A DNA stretch of 64,000 nt from Dictyostelium discoideum. Lineage: Eukaryota. Location of the stretch: the NCBI GenBank assembly GCA_000004695.1, contig CM000152.2, positions 288,001 through 352,000 on the forward strand, written 5' to 3'. The first letter of the stretch is position 1. Each line of letters starts with the position of its first letter. Under the pieces are notes generated by a model. It was not told the DNA's origin. It saw only the letters and a list, made by a program, of their open reading frames with translations, and did no database searches. Shown in pieces: positions 15,515-28,045 of the stretch. Position numbers and translations under genes: made by a program.

Positions 15515-16184
15515 TTTTTTTTTTTCTTATTTTAAATTATAAAAATAAAATTGAAAATATTTTATGATTACTCTTTTAAATTCCCAATTTTTTTTTATTT
15601 ACAAAAATAGAATTGCAAATATTTTTTTTTTTAAAAAAAAAAAAATTAATTTATAAAATAAAAAAAAAAAAAAAAAGGCTTTTATAATTTCAAATAATAA
15701 ATAAAACATTGGCAAAAAGATCTTAAGACTTGGAGATACGAGATCTTTTTTTAAAATATTTTGACATATTTTTTTTTTTTTTAGGGTTTGTAAAAAAAAA
15801 AAATAAAAAAAAAAATAAAAAAATAAAAAAAATAAACAAAAATTTAAAATATTTTTTTATATTTCCAAAAAAAGAAATTTTTTAATATTTTATTTTATTT
15901 TTTTTTTTTATTTTTTTTTTTTTTTTAAGTTTTTACTTTTTTTTTTATTTACTTATTTTTTTACATTTTTTAAATCTGGCCATATTACTTTTAAAAAATG
16001 AGATGGATTTTTGACTTTTTTTTTGTAACTTTACAATTTAAATAATGGATTTGAAGTTAAAAATCAATTGGGTTGGATTGTTTTTTTTTTTTTCAAAATA
16101 AAATTAAAAAAAAATAAAAAAAGAAATAAATAAAAAAATAAAAATTGAATAAACAAAAATAAATAAAAACAAAACAAAAAAAAA

Positions 16185-16233
<49 letters not shown>

Positions 16234-16341
16234 AATACTTTTTTTATAATTTTTATTTTTTTACTATAATCTCTTTTTTTTCAATATATAAAATTTAACT
16301 CTTGGAAATAATTGAAGGTAGTTGAATGAGTTTTATATATG

Positions 16342-16372
<31 letters not shown>

Positions 16373-16396
16373 AAAATTTTTATTTTTTTATCTCAT

Positions 16397-17683
16397 TTAA
16401 ATGACTTTGAATTTATTTTTAGCTTCAAGAGCTTTTACATGCCATACGACAATGTTACCATCTAAACCAGAGGTACTGAAATCAGAGACGACACCACCTA
16501 CACTCTTGAATGGAACGATTGAAGTAATACAATTTTGATGAACGGTTGTTAACTTTTTATCGGCAGATTTTGATTCACCAAGGTCTACTTTATTTTGGAA
16601 GAGTTTACGAGCAGAGGTTTCAGAGCCAGCGGCAGCACCACCTTCAGAGGCCTTATCCATTTCACCAGAATATTTCCAACCGTTTTGATTAGTGATTAAA
16701 AGTGGAGCACAATCGTAACCAACACCGGCGATAGAGTTTTCAGTGATGTAAAGGAGATCACGTAATGGTAAATTACGAACTCTGAGTTTTTCGATGGTTG
16801 GTGGATTGGTTGAAAAGTTTGCAACGGCAAAGACACCATCGTGTGAGGAGTAAGCCAAGGTACTACCGGATGGGGACCATTTGAGGGCATGGACCCATGA
16901 GGCGCATTGGTCAAATTCAAAGACTGGTTCACCAAAAGCGACTTCACCGTATGGACGAGTGACACTACGACCATCGGCTTTCTTTATGTAGGCGTCGAAT
17001 ACTCTAACCTTGTAGTCAGAGGATGAGGTTGCCAATAATAAATTGTTTGGATGCCAGTCAACCTTTAATACGGTTGATTTATGCTTCTTGATATGATTTG
17101 ATGCCCACCAATCATGTTCCTCTTCAAAGAAACAAATACATACCAATTTGGCACCAGTTGCAACAGCAAATTTGTTTTCTTGTGGTGACCATTTAACATG
17201 AGTGGCTGCTCTATTAATACGAAGTAATACTAATACTGGTTTCCATTGACCATCTTTAAATGTCCAAACGTATGCATTACGATCTTGTGATGATGTTAAA
17301 ATACGATTAGTTTTTGGTGCCCAATCAATTGATGTAACAAGTTGATCATGCTATTAAAATTTAAAATATTTATTTAAAATTAAATATTTGTTTTTTTTTA
17401 AATATATATATACATTATATATAATTTTAATTATAAAAATAAATTAATTGGTTAGCATTATTAAATTTTTAATCATATATTATTCTATATTTTATTTTAT
17501 TTTATAATAATACTCACTTCAGCTAAAACATGTTCAACAACCCATGAGGTTCCTTGTTTGGCATAAATGTGTACTTCATTATTATTTGGGCATAAAGCGA
17601 CTCCTAAAATTATTTTCAATATTTAAAAAATAAAATAAAAAATAAAATAAAAATTTTATTAGTATTTAATTTCTTTATTATTC

Positions 17684-17764
<81 letters not shown>

Positions 17765-18034
17765 TAATAATCATTTCATTCATTCATTCTTCCATTCATC
17801 CATCCATTGATAAATTATTAACATATTTTGAAAAGTGTAAAATTTAATTTTTTTTTTTTTTCATTGCAAGTGATGATCACTTTTTTTTTTTTTTTTTTTT
17901 TTTTTTTGAATGGAATTGAATGATTGATTATTATTATTATTGATTATTTAACATTGATAATTACTTGATCTATCAGCATTCCATGCGTGAGCAGTAATGC
18001 AACTTGCTAAATGTTCAATTTCGAAAGCTGACAT
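16397..18034 (-). CDS. arcA: Arp2/3 complex subunit 1 (ARPC1, p41-Arc), a WD40 protein of about 369 aa, three exons.
   Basis: Exon 1 is about 18034..17965 ([23 protein letters not shown]). Exon 2 is about 17603..17518 ([29 protein letters not shown]). Exon 3 is 17350..16397 ([68 protein letters not shown]...). Together they align along the whole length with metazoan ARPC1 ([22 protein letters not shown]...GIDWAP.SNRIVT...DRNAYVW). Donors are GTAATT and GTGAGT. Confidence 0.9.
17688..17762. repeat. (AAT)n microsatellite of about 24 units, followed by a (CATT/CATC)-rich stretch, in intron 1 of the ARPC1 gene.
   Basis: Direct reading of the sequence. Confidence 0.8.
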
Positions 18035-18849
18035 TTTTAATTATTTTTTTTATTTTTTTTTTAAAATATTATATATAAAAAAGGTGATTTTAATATGGAA
18101 AAAAAAAATATGAGGTGGAATATAATACAATGTTTTTTATTTAATTTTTACAAGGGTTTACACTATAATTGATTTGTTTTAATTTTTTATTGATTAAGTA
18201 AAAAAAAAACAAACACACAAATCTTATATAGTTTATAATTTGGATAATTAAAAAAAAAAAAAAAAAATTTTAAAAAAAAAAAGATATTAAAAAAAAAAAA
18301 AAAAATTTTTAAAAAAAAAAAAAAAAAAAAAAATTTATTGAAAAAAAAAAAATAAACCCAATTTTTTAGAGCCACTCATTTTTCATATAAAGATTTGCAC
18401 TCCATATTTTTTACAAAAAAAAAAAAAAAAAAAAAAAAAAAATAAAAAAAAAATAAAAAAAAAAAAAAAAAAAAAAAATAAAATAAAAATTCTCTTTCTA
18501 GCGAAAAGAAGTTCACGGTTATAAATGAAAATAGTAATAATAAAAAAAAAAAAAAAAAAAAAAACAAACAAATAAATAAATAAAATTCTTTAAAAAAAAA
18601 AAAATTAATCATTACAATTTTGATTTTAAACCTTTTATTTTTCATTTTTTTTTTTATTTATTTTTTTTTTTTTAGTCACTGATTGAATTTCATTAAAAAG
18701 TCAAAACACACAATATTAAATTTTGATGACACCCAAAAAAAGTTAAAAAAAAAATTGAAAAATGAAAAATTTTGTGTTTTTTTTTTTTTTAAAAAAATTT
18801 CATTTTTCAATTTGTTGTGTATATATATAAATAAACTTTTTTAAAAAAA
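18035..18849. promoter_or_regulatory. Divergent AT-rich intergenic region between the ARPC1 start (minus) and the Sec61-beta start (plus). Putative bidirectional promoter.
   Basis: About 815 bp of more than 90% A+T with poly(A)/poly(T) tracts. It is flanked by diverging start codons of two highly expressed housekeeping-type genes. Confidence 0.3.
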
Positions 18850-19279
18850 ATGAAGTATGGATTTACAATAATTCAATCACCTTTTTTTTATATTTTATAA
18901 AATTAATTAATTAATAAATGAATAAATATAAATATATATATATATGATATATTAATATAAATTTCATAAATAATAATTATTATATTTATATAGGCGTCCA
19001 TCAACTCAAAGAGCACCAGCAACTGTCAACAAAGGTGGTAACAGTATGATGAAATTTTACTCTGAAGATGCTATTGGTTTAAAAGTGTATGTATTTATTT
19101 TAATTTATCATTTATATTATTAATTTTACTAACAAATAATTAATTTTTTTTTTTTTTAAAAAAAAATAAAAAAAAATAAAAAAAAATTCAGTGGTCCAAC
19201 TGCTGTTCTTTTTATGAGTTTAATTTTTATTGCTTTTGTCATTATTTTACACATCATGGGAAAATACACCAGATCATAG
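18850..19279 (+). CDS. Sec61 translocon beta subunit, about 62 aa, three exons including a 5-nt first exon (ATGAA). The spliced product is [61 protein letters not shown].
   Basis: Exon 2 (about 18994..19086) and exon 3 (about 19193..19279) carry the Sec61-beta signature (FYTEDSPGLKVGP..V...SL.FI..V..LHI.GK) and a C-terminal transmembrane segment. The first exon is inferred from ATGAA followed by a GTATGG donor at 18850..18856, with phase matching the TAG acceptor at about 18993. A Met inside exon 2 is an alternative start. Confidence 0.7.
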
Positions 19280-19680
19280 ATTAACAAATACTATATAGGT
19301 TGATGTAAAAAAGAAAAAAAAAATAGTAATAAACGGAATAAAACTTTAAAGAATAAAAAAAAAAAAAAAAAAATTAAAAAAATAAAAAAAGATTAAAAAA
19401 AAAAAAAATATACATATATCTTATGTATAAGATATAAAAGTTTATTCGTTTTTGGTTTTTTATCTTTAAAAATTTGGACTATTTTTTAAATAAATATCTA
19501 AATTTTAGGCACAGAAAAAAAAAAAAGACAGAGGAAAAAACTGCTTAAATAATGGATTTTTGTGAAAATATGTCTATCCTTCTTCCCCTCCCCAACATAA
19601 AGTATCAATTATTCACTTCAAACACTTGTTTTTTTTCTAATTTTGTTTTTGGACTTGGAGTGTTGTCGTACTTCCAGCAT

Positions 19681-19769
19681 TTATTTTTGATGGCTTTGTT
19701 CTTCAAGTTCCATTTCTTCATCGTCATCATCATAGTCACAACCATAATCATCACCATCACCATCATCAC

Positions 19770-19826
<57 letters not shown>

Positions 19827-19871
19827 CATAATCATCACCATCATCATCATCATAATCATCACCATCATCAC

Positions 19872-19902
<31 letters not shown>

Positions 19903-21046
19903 TTTATTATAAACATTATCATAATAATAGTAATCATTTTCACTTTCATCTTGGTATTGTTGTTGTTCCATTTTTATTTGATTTTTTAAATTTGATTCTA
20001 TAATTCTTTCAGAATTTATTAATTTTAATAATGAATTTGGTGGTTTTTTAAAATGATCAATTGGTTCTAAAGTTGAATCTTTTCTTTTAAAATGATTTAA
20101 AGCGTCAAATGTTAATTTATTAATTCTAATTGGTTGATAAGAGATTGCAAAAGAGTTTGCGATATAAGGTTGATTCGAAGAGATTCTATTGAAAATAGTG
20201 GTTACTAAAGATGTAATTGATTCTTGATTTGTTAAATCTGCAAATTGATAACTTATTTTCAATTTCTTTAAAACTATTTCCAATTCTTCATTTTCAATAG
20301 CCATTAATTCATTTAAGTCCTCTTTTGAACCTATAACTGTAATTTTACACATTGAATAATACTCAATATCAATTTCACTCTCTAATAAAAATGATTTTAT
20401 AAATCCCCAACTTTCTCTACTAGTTATATCAAATAAACATATTATAAAATCAAATTCTTTTTTTTCAAAATAATCAACATCACTATCATCACTATCATCA
20501 CTATCATCATCACTATCACTATCACTATCATCACTACCATCACCATCACCATAACCATCACCATCACCATCACCATCACCATCACCATCACTATCACCAT
20601 CACCATCACCATCACCATCACCATCACCATCACCATCATCATCATCATCATCATCATCATCACTATCATCATCATCACTATCATCATTACCACCATCTTC
20701 TTTATTATCATTTACTTTTTTGTTATTATCATCATCTACTTTTTTATTACCATCTACTTCTTTATTTGAGATGAATTTAGATGTGGATATTCTGAATGTT
20801 TTTTTAAGTTAGAATAAATTATATTTTTATTTTTTTAATTGTTTGTTATATATGAGTGTGTTTATATAGTTACATATGTAGATTATATTTTATTTTTGCT
20901 TCTGTGACTTTGGTTATTTGAGAATCTGCATATGCATAACTGAATTTTTGACGGTTTAATACAGAAGGGTGAGAATAAAGTGCATTTGAAAGTGTTGTTT
21001 TTCCAGTTCCTTTATCACCAATTATTAAAATATTTAGATCGCTCAT
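19681..21046 (-). CDS. Ras-superfamily-like P-loop protein of about 427 aa, two exons. An Asp/Gly/Ser repeat region of about 120 residues stands in place of the switch I/II region, and the C-terminal tail is a Y/D-rich acidic repeat.
   Basis: Exon 1 is about 21046..20874 (MSDLNILIIGDKGTGKTTLSNALYSHPSVLNRQKFSYAYADSQITKVTEAKIKYNLH) with a GTAACT donor. Exon 2 is about 20791..19681. It begins ..ISTSKFISNKEVDG.., runs through (DGDG/DSD)n coded by (GAT GGT/GAT AGT)n, and then reaches Rab-like blocks (FDFIICLFDITSRESW, KITVIGSKEDL). The G1 P-loop is present (GDKGTGKT). The DxxGQ (G3) motif is absent and NKxD reads SKED. Confidence 0.55.
19735..19905. repeat. (ATC/ATG)-type trinucleotide repeat, coding on the minus strand as (GAT)n and (GGT GAT)n. 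It gives a poly-Asp/Gly tail.
   Basis: Direct reading. The antisense poly-Met and poly-Ile ORFs in the track (19552..19989, 19605..19949) are artefacts of this repeat. Confidence 0.85.
20465..20700. repeat. (CATCAC/CATCAT)n hexanucleotide-type repeat, coding on the minus strand as (GAT GGT)n and (GAT AGT)n. It gives the Asp-Gly/Asp-Ser repeat of the GTPase-like protein.
   Basis: Direct reading. The antisense ORF 20442..20711 (poly-VM) is an artefact of this repeat. Confidence 0.85.
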
Positions 21047-21086
21047 ATATATAAATATGAACATGAATAATTAGTAAAATTTTTTG

Positions 21087-21119
<33 letters not shown>

Positions 21120-21380
21120 TGAAAAAAAAAAAAAAAAAAAATTAAAAAAAAATATGACATTGTTTATTTTTAGATGTCAAAAAAAAAAAAATATCCGCCT
21201 CATCCCCACTTTATTTTTAAATTAATCATTTTAAAATATTATATTAGATTTTTTTATTTTTTTTTTATTTTTTATTTTTTATTTTTATTATTTATTTAAA
21301 TAAATATTATTATTTTTTTATAGCACATATTTTATTCTTGTTTTTTGATTTTATTTTTTTTTTTTTTGATTTTATTTTTT

Positions 21381-21989
21381 TTAATGTAAAACTAATGCAC
21401 CAGTATTGGTGTAACCACTTGGACCAAATTTAGATTGATAACATCTTGGACAATAAATTAAACCTTCTTTTTCACTGTATTGACCACTTACTAAGTTTTT
21501 ATTACATGAGAAACAAGCGAAACAACTAATATTTATTTTATATTTTATATTTTTATTTTTTGATTAATAAATTTTTTTTTTTTTTTTTTGATTTTTATTT
21601 TTGAAAATAAATTGAAATAAATAAATAAATAAAAAGTACATACGTCTTATGCCAATCACGAGAGTTATAAACTTTAAGTTCATTAAAGTATGCTTTCTTA
21701 CCACATTTTGGACAATTGGTTGGGAATAATTGAACTTTAACTTCTTCAGTTGGTGTTAAAAAAGTTGGAGGTGGGGTTGGTTCGACTGGAGTTGTAGTTT
21801 CAACTTTTGGTGCTGGTTCAAAACTGTCTGCAACAACACCACCACCTCTGTAACCTGCTTGTCTAAATAATCTATCATAATCCTATTATTTGTTTTTGTT
21901 TTTGTTTTTGTTTTTTTTGTTTTTATTTTTTTCATTTAAAAAATTTGTTATTTCATTAGTAAATAATTGTTTTAAAATTCTTTTTTTTT

Positions 21990-22041
<52 letters not shown>

Positions 22042-22345
22042 ATAATTTACAGTTTTGCAATATGGTTGACCATCACGTTCAGAGTACTAAATAAAAATAA
22101 AAATAAAAATAAAAATAAAAATAAAAATAAAAAATGTTAGCGATTTATTTTTATTTTTTTTATTTTTTTTTTTTATTTATTTTTTTTTTTTTAATTAAAA
22201 TGATTGTGATACTTACTTGACCTAATTGAAGGATTTTATGACAATGGAAACATTGAAGACATAATTTATGATATTGTTTTTCACATGCTTTAACAGCTTC
22301 AGCTGCATAAACTCTTTTAGTGCATGTTGGACAGATAGAACTCAT
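21381..22345 (-). CDS. LIM-domain protein with two LIM domains of CRP/CRIP type, about 190 aa, four exons.
   Basis: Exon 1 is 22345..about 22215 (MSSICPTCTKRVYAAEAVKACEKQYHKLCLQCFHCHKILQLGQ). Exon 2 is about 22095..22060 (YSERDGQPYCKT). Exon 3 is about 21875..21640 (..FPTNCPKCGKKAYFNELKVYNSRDWHKT). Exon 4 is about 21505..21381 (CFACFSCNKNLVSGQYSEKEGLIYCPRCYQSKFGPSGYTNTGALVLH). Each pair completes a CX2CX17HX2CX2CX2CX17CX2C double zinc finger. Donors are GTAAGT, GTAAAT and GTATGT. Confidence 0.8.
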
Positions 22346-22703
22346 TTTTTTATTAAGAATAAGTTATAATAATGACAGATAAATAAAAAAAAAAAAAAAT
22401 AAAATTGATTTTGATTTTTTTTTTTTTTTTTTTTTTTTAATTTTTAATTTTTTTTATTAATATTTTGATTTTTTTTAGCGATGTTTTTGATGAAAAATTT
22501 ATCCCACCAAAAGCCATTTTTTTATTTTTTTTTTATTTTTTTTTTTTTTTTTTTTTTAGCGATGTTTTATTTGTGAAAATATTCAAAGAAAAATGCTATT
22601 TGATCAAGAATAATCCTCTTTGCACTTTTTTGTTTATGCACAAAGTCATAATTTATTTGAAAATCATATTATTAATATTACTTTTTAAAAAAAAAGTGTT
22701 CCG

Positions 22704-22734
<31 letters not shown>

Positions 22735-23160
22735 AGTTCACATTAAATAATTGAAAAGTTTTAAAACTAAAATTAAAACTAAAATTTTTTATCATTGGAA
22801 TTGTTTATTTTTATGCGAAGTTAATAATAATAATAAAAAAAAAATATAACTTTTGGTTAAAAAAAAAAAAAAAAAAAAATACAATCATTTTATGTTTTTT
22901 GAGTGCTCTATTTTCAAAAACTAAATTCTTAATGTATTATAACTATTTAAATCAATTAGTAATTAGTAGTATTGCATTTGGTTCATTAACAATCCCAATT
23001 TTTGATTTTTAAAGTTTTTTTTAACCTTTTTCAAAAGATTCCAATTCATTTTCAATTAAAAGTATACATTCAATTTATACACTTTTTCAATGACTTTTTT
23101 TTTTTATTCACTTTTTTTTTTTTTTTTTTTTCACTTTTTTTTATTTTATTTTAAATAAAG

Positions 23161-23662
23161 ATGTCCAACACAGATTCTTGGAGAGTTGAGTTATTAATTG
23201 AAGAAAAATTGAAAATAGCATTGTTGTGTTCAAAAGTAAGATATATATAGTATTACAAATACCTATTAATTATTTATATTAATGATGATGTATTAGTTTA
23301 TAGATTCAATAAATGAAGATCTTGAAGAAATAATTGAAAGCATATCAATGCTTCAAACTCGAGATACTTTAATTCAAAAATATATCATTGAAATGGAAAA
23401 TCCACAAATTAACAATACTAATAATAATAATGATATTAATAATAATAATGATATTAATAATAATAATAATGATGATGATGATGATAGTGATGATAATATA
23501 AAAACAAATACATTACTCTTAGACTACCATACGAAAAATGATACTGATAGCAATGCAACTAACAATGATAACAAAGACACCAACAGTGATAATGATAATA
23601 ATAAACAACTTGATCAAGAAATGCAGGATATTAAATCAATTAATGAAAATAATGATAAATAG
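23161..23662 (+). CDS. Small acidic Asn/Asp-rich hypothetical protein of about 147 aa, two exons. The spliced product is MSNTDSWRVELLIEEKLKIALLCSK / FIDSINEDLEEIIESISMLQTRDTLIQKYIIEMENPQINNTNNNNDINN...
   Basis: The start ATG is at 23161. A GTAAGA donor lies after codon 25, at about 23236. A TTAG acceptor at about 23296 gives phase-0 continuity into ORF 23348..23662. No homolog recognised. Confidence 0.4.
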
Positions 23663-23964
23663 TCAATAGAAATAAATGTACACAAACACACAATTAGAAA
23701 TGGAACCAAACAAACAACAAATTGAACTTCTTATTATTATTATTACTATTATGGTAGACATTTAGTTTTTTAATGATCCAATTATACAAACAACAAGTGA
23801 TCACTCTATAATATGTTATCAAATCAATATTTATTTTATTTTAAATCATTTAATTTAGTGAAGATAATTAGTATTGGTAATAGAAAAACACACTAACACA
23901 CAAATACACACTTCAAATAAATATATTTGAAAATAAAAATAAAATATTGTATTACACAACTCTT

Positions 23965-24008
<44 letters not shown>

Positions 24009-24020
<12 letters not shown>

Positions 24021-25085
24021 AAGTTCATTAATAATTGGTAAAATATTTTTATCAATATCATTATCATTTTGTGGGGTTGGAATATCATTGATTTGGAATA
24101 GATACCATTTTTCAGTTAAAAGTTGTACAAAAGGTGTTGATGTTTTAATTCTTGATGGTGATGAGACATCGATTGGTGGTGATAATGGTGGTGTTGGTTC
24201 TAAAGTTAATAATTTACCAACAGTTTCTAATTCTAAAATGTCATCATCAGTGTAAACCTCAACATTTGCACCAAGATCAACTTGTAAATCTTTGGTATCT
24301 GTATCAATGATTTTTACAAATAATGTTGAATTAGTGATTGATGCACTCCAACCACTATTAACACGTGAGCCAATTTTATTTGAACCAATGTTTTCCAATG
24401 ATTTATCTTGTTGTTGAACCATGATATATTTATTACCAAGTGTGATTCTTGGGTCTTGAAGTTTGGTATAGTTCCATAATGAAATTGATGTTTTTGGAAG
24501 TAACCCATTTGCAGAATCATTAGAGAGGGGAATGATTGCCTTTGTGTCTTTTGTCATAACTGAGATTGCCCATGGTGCACATTGGATTGGCCAAATTCCT
24601 TTATTCTCTAGGTAATGGTTGACTTGGATATACGATAATCTGCTACCATCACCAACACTACCACCACCACCACCACCACCACCTTCTTTAATCTCCAATG
24701 TGATGGTTTTCTTCACACCTGTTAAATGCTCGATGGCTTGTCTCATTATAACCATTGTACCATCATTTACAATTTCAATTTGAATTGGTTGATTATCTGG
24801 ATAATAAGTTCTACCTGCACATTCTGGTGCGTGCCATAAACGATGTCCACCGAAAAGATTCCATTGATCATTCAATGAAGAATGATTACCTTCACCACCA
24901 ATAGTTGATGGTGTTGATAGTGTTGATAAATTATGAGATTTCATTCCAAAAATTGATTGATTATCATTATACGATAATGATAAAACTCTTGGTCCAACAT
25001 CTTGAGTAATTATTAATTTAAAATGATTCCATGTAATTTTAAAACAATTTTTAAATCCTTGGAATTCAATTTTTTCAATTGTCAT
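24009..25085 (-). CDS. Conserved hypothetical protein of 358 aa, single exon. It may have a DUF4380 or galactose-mutarotase-like fold, with an internal poly-Gly insert.
   Basis: The ORF is intact from ATG to TAA. The FGGHRLWHAPE motif and the overall beta-rich composition resemble DUF4380/aldose-epimerase-like proteins. This comes from memory of the motif only and was not verified by search. Confidence 0.5.
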
Positions 25086-25758
25086 TTTTTTTTTTTATTT
25101 TTTATTTTTTATTGGTAATCTTATTATTTTTTTTTTATTATTTTTTTTTATTATTATTGTTTTATTTTGTGTGTGAGAAATTAAAAAATTAAAAAATAAA
25201 AATTAAAAAAAAAACATGAACTCACTTTAATTTTTTTTTTTTTTTTTTGTTTTTATTTTTAATAATCATTTTTAAATCATTTTTAAATTTTTTTTTGTTT
25301 TTACTTTTAAATCATTTTTAAAATTTTTTTTTTTTTGTTTTATTTTTTTATTTTTTTATTTTTTTTTTATTTTTTTTTTTTATTTTTAGCACACCCCAAT
25401 CATTTTTAATGGGGGTGGTGGATTCTGAAAATTTAAATTAAAATAAAAAATAAAAAATAAATTAAAAAATTAAAAAAACAAATAAAAAAAAAAATAATAA
25501 ATAATTAAATTATATAGATTAATATATTAATTTAACTTTAATATATTTTCGTTTTTCCAACACTTACAAAAATTAAAAAAATCTTTTTTTCTTTTTTTTT
25601 TTTTTAATTTTTTTTTTTTTTTTTTTTTTATGAGCGACTCGTTTGTAGGATTTTTTAACAGTTTTCAAAAAAAAAAAAAAAAAAAAAAACTATTTTTTAT
25701 TTTTTTTTTTTTTTTACTTTTATTTTTTTTTTTTTTTTTTTAAAAATACATTTATAGA

Positions 25759-26112
25759 ATGGTTTTAGCATCAGTTACATGTACTGCACCAGTTAATATT
25801 GCAGTTATCAAATATTGGGGAAAGAGAGATGAAAATATTATTTTACCATTAAATTCATCACTCAGTGGAACTTTACATCAAGATGACCTCAAGACAACAA
25901 CAACTATTGTTGCATCAGAAGATTACACTGAAGATGAACTTTACTTAAATGGAAAGTAAGTTTTTTTTTTTTTTTTTTTTTTTCATTTTTTTTTTTTTCA
26001 TTTTTTTTTTTTTTCTAAAAAAGTTAAAAATAAATATTAATATTTAATTATCTATACCCCCCTCCTCATTCCATCACCCTCAACTCATTCAATTCCTTAT
26101 TCAATTTATAAA

Positions 26113-26158
<46 letters not shown>

Positions 26159-27215
26159 TAATTTTTAAAATTTATTATAATTATTTTAAATAATAATAAA
26201 TTTAATTTAATTAAATTTATTATTAAATTTAAATAGAAAAGAAGATATTAATGCAGTTAGATATCAAAATGTTTTAAAAATGATTAGATCAAGAGCAACA
26301 AAATTAATGGATAAAAAACATTGTGTACATATTGCATCAATTAATAATTTCCCAACAGCAGCAGGATTAGCATCAAGTGCAAGTGGATATTGTTGTTTAG
26401 TATTTACATTGGCACAAATGTATGGTGTCGATGGTGATATTAGTGGTATTGCAAGATTGGGATCAGGTAGTGCATGCAGATCAATGTATGGTGGATTTGT
26501 TAAATGGGAGATGGGCACCAAAGACGATGGTTCCGACTCGATTGCAGTTCAAGTGCAACCAGAATCACACTGGCCAGACATGAACATCATCGTATTGGTT
26601 GTCAACGATAAGAAGAAGGAGACATCAAGCACTGATGGCATGCAAAAGAGTGCTGCCACCTCGGTGATGATGAAGGAGCGTTGTGCAGTCACTGTACCAA
26701 ATAGAATGAGAGATATCGAGGAGGCAATCAACAAGAAGGATTTCCAAACCTTTGGAGACATCACCATGAAAGATTCCGACGACTTCCACGAAGTTTGCGC
26801 CACCACCACACCACCAATCTACTATCTCAACGACACCTCTCGTTACATCATGAATTTAATTCACCGTTATAATAAACTCAGTGGTTCCATTAAATGTGCC
26901 TACACATTTGATGCTGGCCCCAACGCTTGTATCTACTTACCTGCTGAAAGCACCACTGAGGTACTCTCACTCTTTATGAAACATTTCCCTGGTGATGATA
27001 TGCAAACCTATTATCGTGGTCCAAAGGAAAACATTCCATCAATTGAAAATTTCGTTCCATCTGAAAAATTAGCTTCCCTCTACACTCCAGATACTACCTT
27101 TGTTAATTCTCTCAAATATATCCTTCATACTAAAGTTGGTCCAGGTCCACAAATCTTATCAGAATCTGAATCTTTAATTGATAATACAACTGGTTTACCA
27201 AAACAATTAAATTAA
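25759..27215 (+). CDS. mvd: Diphosphomevalonate (mevalonate pyrophosphate) decarboxylase, about 391 aa, two exons of 25759..about 25955 and about 26237..27215.
   Basis: The N-terminus [39 protein letters not shown] is the MVD signature. Exon 2 has the GHMP-kinase-family motifs ([18 protein letters not shown]). A GTAAGT donor follows ..LYLNGK. An ATAG acceptor at about 26236 restores the frame. Confidence 0.9.
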
Positions 27216-27449
27216 AATTCAAATAATAAAAATAAAAATAAAAAATAAAAATAAAAAAATAATAATAATTAATAATAAATAAATAAATAAATAATAATTA
27301 CTATTATAAATTATTTTTATATATATTTATTTTATTTTTATTTTTATTTTTTTTAAAACAAAATTTAATTAATTATATTGGTTTCTTTTGAAATAAATAA
27401 TTATAAATAATTAAAATAATAATACTAATAATTATATTTTATTAATTTC

Positions 27450-27488
<39 letters not shown>

Positions 27489-27860
27489 AAAAAAATATTA
27501 AATATTATTATTCAGTAAAAAAAAAAAGAGAATAGAATATTTTTGTATCAATTAAAAATAGAAGAATACAGATAAAATAATTTGTCATTAAATATCTTTA
27601 TAAATCTGATGGTAAAAAAAAAAAAAATAAAGGCAATTAATTTGCTTTAACACTAAGTTTTTTTTTTTTTTTTTTTTTTAAATAAAGAAAATCTATTTTA
27701 TATCTATTATTATTATTTTATTATTTTTTTATTTTATTTTTATTTTTTTTATTTTTTTAAAAATTGGGTCATAATGGTTTTTGTTAAAAGGAACGGAGTG
27801 GAGGGTTGAATAAAAAATTAAAACCCAACACACAATCGTGCATAATTGGGATATTTTATG

Positions 27861-27899
<39 letters not shown>

Positions 27900-28045
27900 T
27901 TTTTATTTTTTTTTTATACATGTGAAATATTAATTTATTTTTAACTTTTTTTTTTTTATAGTTTTTTAAAACTTTTTTTTTTCATATAATATTTTTAGAT
28001 TTTCAGACTAATCACATATTTGAAAAAAAAAAAAAAAAAAAAAAA

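Noticed and set aside
19681-21064. Treating 20870..21064 (P-loop ORF) and 19681..20352 (acidic-tail ORF) as two separate genes.
   Set aside because: A GTAACT donor right after ..KYNLH and a CAG acceptor at about 20792 join them in phase. The frame is open across the whole repeat region. No AT-rich intergenic spacer separates them. A single two-exon gene is the simpler model. The upstream Met of MFIFIY at 21064 is probably 5'-UTR read-through, and MSDLN at 21046 is the likelier start.
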